The notes below the pieces were generated by a model. That model was not told where the DNA came from, did no database searches, and was given only the letters and a program-made list of their open reading frames with translations. Positions 58,569-64,000 of a stretch of DNA of 64,000 nucleotides are shown here, in pieces. The translations under genes and the position numbers were made by a program. Location of the stretch: NCBI GenBank assembly GCA_963822965.1, contig CAWGJT010000005.1:576001-640000 (forward strand), written 5' to 3'. Numbering within the stretch: the stretch's first letter is position 1; every line of letters begins with the position of its first letter. Source of the stretch: an uncultured delta proteobacterium. GTDB taxonomy: Bacteria; Myxococcota_A; UBA9160; UBA4427.

Positions 58569-58730
58569 ACCGGTCCCGGGTGGGCGATGGAACCGCCAGG
58601 CAGGGACCGGTGACTCTAAGCGTGCTTCTCCTCGGGAGCCTCGCGGCGGGTACCGATCCAACCCGCCGGAGCCGATGAGGGGCGAAGGCTCGCATCTCCT
58701 TCGCAAACCCCGGCTCCCTGCGGCGAGGGC
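58569..58730. ncRNA. Candidate structured non-coding RNA (family not recognised)
   Basis: Stems 58569-77/58603-11, 58639-44/58723-28, 58645-51/58661-67 and 58668-73/58712-17 with nested GGGG/CCCC and CGAAGG/CCTTCG. Confidence 0.45.
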
Positions 58731-58734
58731 GAAC

Positions 58735-58772
58735 TCGGCCCGGTGGCGCCCGCCACCGGGCCGAACTTCTCT
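58735..58772 (+). terminator. Strong hairpin, terminator-like
   Basis: 13-bp perfect stem TCGGCCCGGTGGC-GCCC-GCCACCGGGCCGA, weak pyrimidine tail ACTTCTCT. Confidence 0.55.
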
Positions 58773-58808
58773 GGCCCCCCGAGCAGCCCCCCGACCCCCG
58801 AGTCAACC

Positions 58809-59857
58809 CGCGCGAGGCGGCCGAGAGTGCGGCAGATTCGCGGCCCTCGCAGCGAACGCCCCCGCAGACGTACTCCCGTACGTCGAGGACGGCCCAAGCG
58901 AGAAGGTCGCGCGCGAGGCGGCCGAGAGCGCGGCAGATTCGCGGCCCTCGCAGCGAACGCCCCCGCAGACGTACTCCCGTACGTCGAGGACGGCCCAAGC
59001 GAGAAGGTCGCGCGCGAGGCGGCCGAGAGCGCGGCAGATTCGCGGCCCTCGCAGCGAAGGCCCCCGCAGACGTACTCCCGTACGTCGAGGACGGCCCAAG
59101 CGAGAAGGTCGCGCGCGAGGCGGCCGAGAGCGCGGCAGATTCGCGGCCCTCGCAGCGAAGGCCCCCGCAGACGTACTACTCCGGTACGTCGAGGACGGCC
59201 CAAGCGAGAAGGTCGCCCGCGAGGCGGCCGAGAGCGCGGCAGATTCGCGGCCCTCGCAGCGAAGGCCCCCGCAGACGTACTCTCCGGTACGTCGAGGACG
59301 GCCCAAGCGAGAAGGTCGCGCGCGAGGCGGCCGAGAGCGCGGCAGATTCGCGGCCCTCGCAGCGAAGGCCCCCGCAGACGTACTCCCGTACGTCGAGGAC
59401 GGCCGAAGCGAGAAGGTCGCGCGCGAGGCGGCCGAGAGCGCGGCAGATTCGCGGCCCTCGCAGCGAAGGCCCCCGCAGACGTACTACTCCGGTACGTCGA
59501 GGACGGCCCAAGCGAGAAGGTCGCCCGCGAGGCGGCCGAGAGTGCGGCAGATTCGCGGCCCTCGCAGCGAAGGCCCCCGCAGACGTACTACTCCGGTACG
59601 TCGAGGACGGCCCAAGCGAGAAGGTCGCGCGCGAGGCGGCCGAGAGCGCGGCAGATTCGCGGCCCTCGCAGCGAAGGCCCCCGCAGACGTACTACTCCGG
59701 TACGTCGAGGACGGCCCAAGCGAGAAGGTCGCCCGCGAGGCGGCCGAGAGTGCGGCAGATTCGCGGCCCTCGCAGCGAAGGCCCCCGCAGACGTACTCCC
59801 GTACGTCGAGGACGGCCGAAGCGAGAAGGTCGCGAAGATGCCGTGCTATCGGCCGCC
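58809..59857. repeat. Tandem array of 10 hairpin units of 101-104 bp; the last unit is a complete 119-nt imperfect inverted repeat
   Basis: GCAGATT anchors at 58832, 58933, 59034, 59135, 59239, 59342, 59443, 59547, 59651 and 59755; core GACGTAC-loop-GTACGTC. Confidence 0.97.
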
Positions 59858-59869
59858 GCAGCCCGCAGC

Positions 59870-60534
59870 CTACCAGCGGTACTGGACGCCCAGCGAGAAC
59901 GTCGCGAACTGGAAGTCGGCGATGGAGCCCGTCGGGAACAGGTACGCGAACTCCGTGTCCACCACGAACTGGTCGCTCAGGTAGACGTCGAGGCCGGCCC
60001 CCATGCGGGCCACGAAGCCGGAGTCGTCTCCCTTCTTCTCCTGGAAGACGAGCCCGCCCACGCCGAAGGTCGCATAGGGCTGGAGGCGCCCGAGCAGCGG
60101 ATAGAGCTTTCCCCCGCGGTCAGCGTCCAGCCGTCGAAGTTGTCGTCGTAGCCGCTGGTGCGCTCCTTCACCGCGAAGCCCGAGTAGTACTGGAAGAGCA
60201 CCTCGGCGGCGAGACGGGGGGTCGCCCGGTAGCCCCCCCGCAGCTCGAATCCCCCGCCGTCGTCGGCGCTGATGTCGAGCGGGTTGTCCGCGTTGTTGAT
60301 CAGCGGGTCGGTGTCGAAGTTCTCGAGGGCGAAGAGCCCGCCCACGCCGAGGAAGACGCCCGTGCGCGCGAACGGATAGTAGCTGTCGTCCCACTCCGAC
60401 ACCGGCGGCACCTGCGCCGGCTCCTGGGCGGACGCGACGCGCGGCGCCAGCACCAGCGCGAGCCCGCCCACCGCGAAGGCCGCCGCCAGGATCCTCCCGG
60501 AACGGGTCGCACGACGTGACGATCGCTCCTGCAT
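59870..60534 (-). CDS. Small outer-membrane beta-barrel protein (OmpA/OmpW-like), frameshift near 60110
   Basis: Signal peptide ..VASA-Q, GGYR, LQPYATFGVG, GAGLD, terminal FSLGVQYRW*. Confidence 0.85.
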
Positions 60535-60623
60535 CTCTGGAACCCCCCCGGCCGGATTCTTACCACAACGCGAGCGAACGACGCCGGCTTCGGACGCGAG
60601 ACGCACCCCTGCGACGCCCGGAC

Positions 60624-62879
60624 TCACGGTGCCGCGAAATCCGGCCCGGCCACCAGCGCGCCGGAGCGCACATCGGCCTCCGAGACGACGAGGCGGCCCG
60701 GGGCGGCGTCCTCGCCGACGCCCGCGGCCTCGAGCGCGACGCCGGCCGCGCTCGCCGCGGTCAACGCGTAGCTCGGCTCGGTGCGCACGCCCGGGGGCGC
60801 GCCCCGGGTCGAGTACGGGAGGCGCAGCGCGTAGCGCCCGGCGGCGTCGGCCACCGCCCGGGTCTCGAAGCGACCCCGACGGCCGCGGTTGCTCTGGTAG
60901 GCGAGCCGCGCCGTGACCACCGCCCCCGGCGGAGCACGGCCCTCCACGAGCGCACCCGCCACGCGCTCGAAGATGCGGAACTCCGAGCGGCCGAGCTGCA
61001 TGCGCTCCGAATCGAGGAGCGACTCGTACAGCAGCCGGTGGTGCGCGAGCCCGGGGCTGTCGTCGACGGACAGGCGCTTGCGCATGGCCTCGCCGTGGAG
61101 CCGTGCGTCCGGGACGTCGCCCAGGGTCTGCACGAGCACGTAGCGGGCCCGCAGGTCGTCGAGGATGCGGACCGCATCCGGCTCGCGGCTCGCGAAGTAG
61201 GCGGTCACCCGCCGCAGGTTGCCCTCGCCGACGTCGTCTCCGAAGTTGCCGACGACGGTCGGCCGCTGGGCCACGTACTTGAGCAGGTGCCCGAAGCCCC
61301 AGGGCGCCAGGATCCCGTACTCCGGCCGCGCGCCGGGGGAGAGGGGCGAGTCGGTAGGCGGCGTGTTGTCCCGCAGCCAGACGGCCGCGTCGAGTAGCAC
61401 CCTTCTCGAAATCTCGTTGCGGGGCACGATCATCGGAGCGCCTCGCAGCTTGCGGATCGCGTTGCTGGCGGGGATCCGCCAGGCCGCGAGGCTCGGCGCG
61501 AAGAGCGCCGCACAGAGCACCGCGACGGCACCCAGCAGGGCCACCCGGCGCGGGCCGGGCCGAAGCGTGGCCCGCAGGCGCCGGAAGACCGTCACGATCG
61601 CCCAGGCGGTCACGATGGCGAATGCCGGCGAGAGCGAGTTGAAGAAGCGGCGCTGCAGGAGCGTGACGACGGCGAGCGCGAAGGTCCAGCGCCACCAGCA
61701 GGAGCAGCGCGGGCTGGCGCGGGCGCCGCCAGGCGCTGGATCGCCAGCGCGACCCCGAAGACGGGCAGCAGGTAGAGGAAGCGCGAGAGTCGCAGCTCGG
61801 CGTTGGCGGGATCGAAGCCGGTCTCGGACAGGAAGAGGGGCTTCGATTCGTTGACGAGGCCCTGGAACACCTCGTCCCGGGTCAGCCAGCGCCAGGCCTC
61901 GCCCGCGCCCGTGAGCAGGCCGGGCAGCAGGAGCCCGCTCGCCACCACGCAACCCGAGACCCAGCCCGACGATCCAGACGATGCGGCCGCCTCGCGACCC
62001 GCCGGCAGCGGTCGTGCGCCAGAGGAGCGCGGATGCCAGGGACAGGGTCGCGAGCGCCCCGAAGACCCAGGGCTGGAAGTGCGAGACCACGGCGGGACTG
62101 AACTCGCTCCATCCGGCCCAGTGGGCGCTCCACCCGGACGGTGCGGTCAGGACGAGCGCCGTGCCGTTCGCCAGGGTGAGGAGCCGGGCCCCGCGCCGCG
62201 CGCCGTCGCGGTCCGGCCGACTCATCCAGGCGATGCCCAGCGCCAGCTCCAGCACCCCCACGTGCAGCAGCGCACCCGGCCACAGCAGCAGCGAAGCGCC
62301 CATCCCCGCGCCGGTGGCGACGGCGCGCCAGCGACGCCCCGGCCCCCCCGAGACGACCGCCTCGAGCAGCCCCATCGCCACCCACAGCAGGCTCGTCTCG
62401 AGGAGCGCCACGGCGACGTGGTGGTCGAGGAAGCCGATCTGGGAGTACCAGAAGTGGGCCGAGAGGAAGCAGAGCAGGAGCCCGGCGAGCCAGGCCACCG
62501 TGGGATCGAAGAGGCGCAGGGCGAGGCGCCAGGTGACCACCACGCACAGCGCCCCCAGGACCGGCGGCAGGCACGCCGCCACCCGCTCCACCGAGAGCGG
62601 CGTACCGAGCACGTGCACGGGCCACACCAGCCAGCCGACCACCGCGTCGAACAGCGGCGGCCAGATCGGCTGGGCGCCGTGGGGGAAGTTGACGTAGGGA
62701 TCGAAGCCGGGCGGCCAGCCGCCGTTCGCGAGGGCGAGCCGCACCCGCCGCATGTGGTACCAGGCGTCCATCCCGAAGAAGACGACGCGATCGGGCTCGA
62801 TCACGGTCGGCCAGGGCAACAGACGAAGCGCGAGCGCCAGCGCGAAGAGGGAGAAGGGGGTGAGTGCGCGCGCCGTCAC
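60624..62879 (-). CDS. STT3/AglB-like oligosaccharyltransferase, frameshifted
   Basis: DAWYHMRR, FDPYVNFPHG..WPPLFD, DHHV, V.ES.PL, WLRDNTP, ILAPWGFGH. Confidence 0.85.
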   Translation of the reverse strand: MTARALTPFSLFALALALRLLPWPTVIEPDRVVFFGMDAWYHMRRVRLALANGGWPPGFDPYVNFPHGAQPIWPPLFDAVVGWLVWPVHVLGTPLSVERVAACLPPVLGALCVVVTWRLALRLFDPTVAWLAGLLLCFLSAHFWYSQIGFLDHHVAVALLETSLLWVAMGLLEAVVSGGPGRRWRAVATGAGMGASLLLWPGALLHVGVLELALGIAWMSRPDRDGARRGARLLTLANGTALVLTAPSGWSAHWAGWSEFSPAVVSHFQPWVFGALATLSLASALLWRTTAAGGSRGGRIVWIVGLGLGLRGGERAPAARPAHGRGRGLALADPGRGVPGPRQRIEAPLPVRDRLRSRQRRAATLALPLPAARLRGRAGDPAPGGARASPRCSCWWRWTFALAVVTLLQRRFFNSLSPAFAIVTAWAIVTVFRRLRATLRPGPRRVALLGAVAVLCAALFAPSLAAWRIPASNAIRKLRGAPMIVPRNEISRRVLLDAAVWLRDNTPPTDSPLSPGARPEYGILAPWGFGHLLKYVAQRPTVVGNFGDDVGEGNLRRVTAYFASREPDAVRILDDLRARYVLVQTLGDVPDARLHGEAMRKRLSVDDSPGLAHHRLLYESLLDSERMQLGRSEFRIFERVAGALVEGRAPPGAVVTARLAYQSNRGRRGRFETRAVADAAGRYALRLPYSTRGAPPGVRTEPSYALTAASAAGVALEAAGVGEDAAPGRLVVSEADVRSGALVAGPDFAAP

Positions 62880-62930
62880 GGGCGGGAGGATACTCTTCGC
62901 GCGTCCTTTCGCGTATCGTGGGCGCGCCCG

Positions 62931-64000
62931 ATGCCGGCCCAACGCACGGACAGATCCGGCCTCCTGCTCGCAGCGATCGTCGTCTTCGCTGCCGCGCTCC
63001 GGATTCCCGGGCTCGCGAGCGACTTCTGGCTCGACGAGATCTGGACCCTCAAATACGTCTACGGAATGCATTCGGCGTGGGACGTCTTCACCAGCATCCA
63101 TCACTCGAACAACCACCACCTGAACACCCTGATCCTCTACGCGCTGGGGGATCTCGACAGCTGGTGGCCCTACCGCATCCACTCCCTGCTGGCGGGCGTC
63201 GGCAGCGTGGCCCTCGCCTTCCGCATCGGCGCGCGCCGGGGCCGCAGCGAGGGCGCCGTCGCCGGCCTGCTGTGCGCCACTTCGTATCTGCTCATCCACT
63301 ACTCCTCCGAGGCCCGGGGCTACTCCCTGGTCGTCTTCTTCGCGCTGGCCTCGTTCGACGTCCTCGAGGTCTTCCTCGAGAAGCGGCGGTGGACCCAGGC
63401 CCTCCTCTTCCAGGCGTGCGCGTGCCTCGGCTTCCTCTCACACCTGATGTACCTGCACGCCTTCCTGGCGGCGGGCGTCTTCGCGGCGTTCGTGCTCTGG
63501 CGCCGGGAGCGGAGCGTGCTGCGGGTGCTGTGGGAGGGAGCCCGGGCGTTCGCGGCTCCGACGCTCTTCCTGCTCGTGTTCTACTGGTTCGACATCCGGC
63601 TCACGAAGATCGGGGAGGGCCCGGAGCTCGACGCGGCCGAGGTCTTCGTGCGGGCGCTCTCGTATGCGATCGGCGGTCCGCCGCGGGGCGCCGTGGCGCT
63701 GGCCGTCGCCATCGCGACCGTGGTGCTCTTCGCCGGGTCGATCGCCTGGTGGGCCCGGAAGCGGCGAGACGCCTGGGTCTTCCTCGCCGTCGTGGTGTTC
63801 GTCTCGCCCGCGGCGACGTTCGCGCTGATGCGCCCCCAGGTCTTCTTCGTGCGCTACTTCCTGCTCGCCACCGCCTTCGGCCTGGTCGCCCTGGCGGGCC
63901 CCGTAGCGGCGGCGCTCCGCGCCGGCGGGGTCGGGCGCGCCGCGGCGGGGGCTCTGCTGGCTGCGACCTTCGTGGGCAACGGGATCGATACCGCACGCTT
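62931..64000 (+). CDS. GT-C fold glycosyltransferase (family 39/ArnT-like), runs off the window end; absent from the ORF track
   Basis: ALRIPGL..DFWLDEIWT, NNH.LNT, YRI.SLLAG, YSSEARGYS, many TM helices. Confidence 0.85.
   Translation, partial: MPAQRTDRSGLLLAAIVVFAAALRIPGLASDFWLDEIWTLKYVYGMHSAWDVFTSIHHSNNHHLNTLILYALGDLDSWWPYRIHSLLAGVGSVALAFRIGARRGRSEGAVAGLLCATSYLLIHYSSEARGYSLVVFFALASFDVLEVFLEKRRWTQALLFQACACLGFLSHLMYLHAFLAAGVFAAFVLWRRERSVLRVLWEGARAFAAPTLFLLVFYWFDIRLTKIGEGPELDAAEVFVRALSYAIGGPPRGAVALAVAIATVVLFAGSIAWWARKRRDAWVFLAVVVFVSPAATFALMRPQVFFVRYFLLATAFGLVALAGPVAAALRAGGVGRAAAGALLAATFVGNGIDTAR

Noticed and set aside
58583..58620. Fluoride riboswitch (GGCGATGG..CGCC..TGACTCTA)
   Set aside because: The pseudoknot strands are not complementary, the internal stem is missing, and no downstream gene is present to regulate.
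58668..58717. Hammerhead ribozyme or group II intron domain V
   Set aside because: The core reads CCGAUGA and CAAA rather than CUGAUGA and GAAA, the stem is too long for domain V, and there is no RT gene.
58809..59857. CRISPR array
   Set aside because: There are no unique spacers (only three recurring 4-7-nt loop variants), the units are ~100 bp, and no cas genes are in the window.
58216..60519. Long ORFs through the repeat array
   Set aside because: Unit lengths of 101, 103 and 104 are not multiples of 3, so the translation cycles through frames. They are open only because the GC-rich unit lacks stops.

Overview
Very GC-rich bacterial chromosomal segment. Gene content (paired acyl-CoA dehydrogenases, LLM oxidoreductases, sigma-54 two-component system, AglB-like oligosaccharyltransferase) suggests a Myxococcota/deltaproteobacterial-type organism; this is inference. 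It holds about 50 mostly housekeeping or metabolic genes, including a MacAB-type exporter, htpG, metH, a P450, glpD, amtB-glnK, uup, a catabolic cluster and glycosylation genes. Many genes are split by single-base indels that look like long-read errors, so boundaries of those genes are approximate. I found no rRNA, tRNA, CRISPR array, transposase or integrase. The most unusual locus is at 58.0-59.9 kb. There an orphan protein with two Zn fingers and a possible Ntox50/BECR-like RNase core is followed directly by a ~200-nt highly structured non-coding segment and then a 10-copy array of ~101-104-bp hairpin units, of which only the last is a complete long inverted repeat. Other notable items are a secreted bacterial CLCA-like metalloprotease-VWA protein, a degenerate TraB/GumN-phosphodiesterase fusion, a catalytically degenerate CheC-like gene with a CTG start, an 84-bp multi-hairpin tandem repeat, and a sigma-54 promoter linking a secreted protein to a porin/binding-protein/two-component module.
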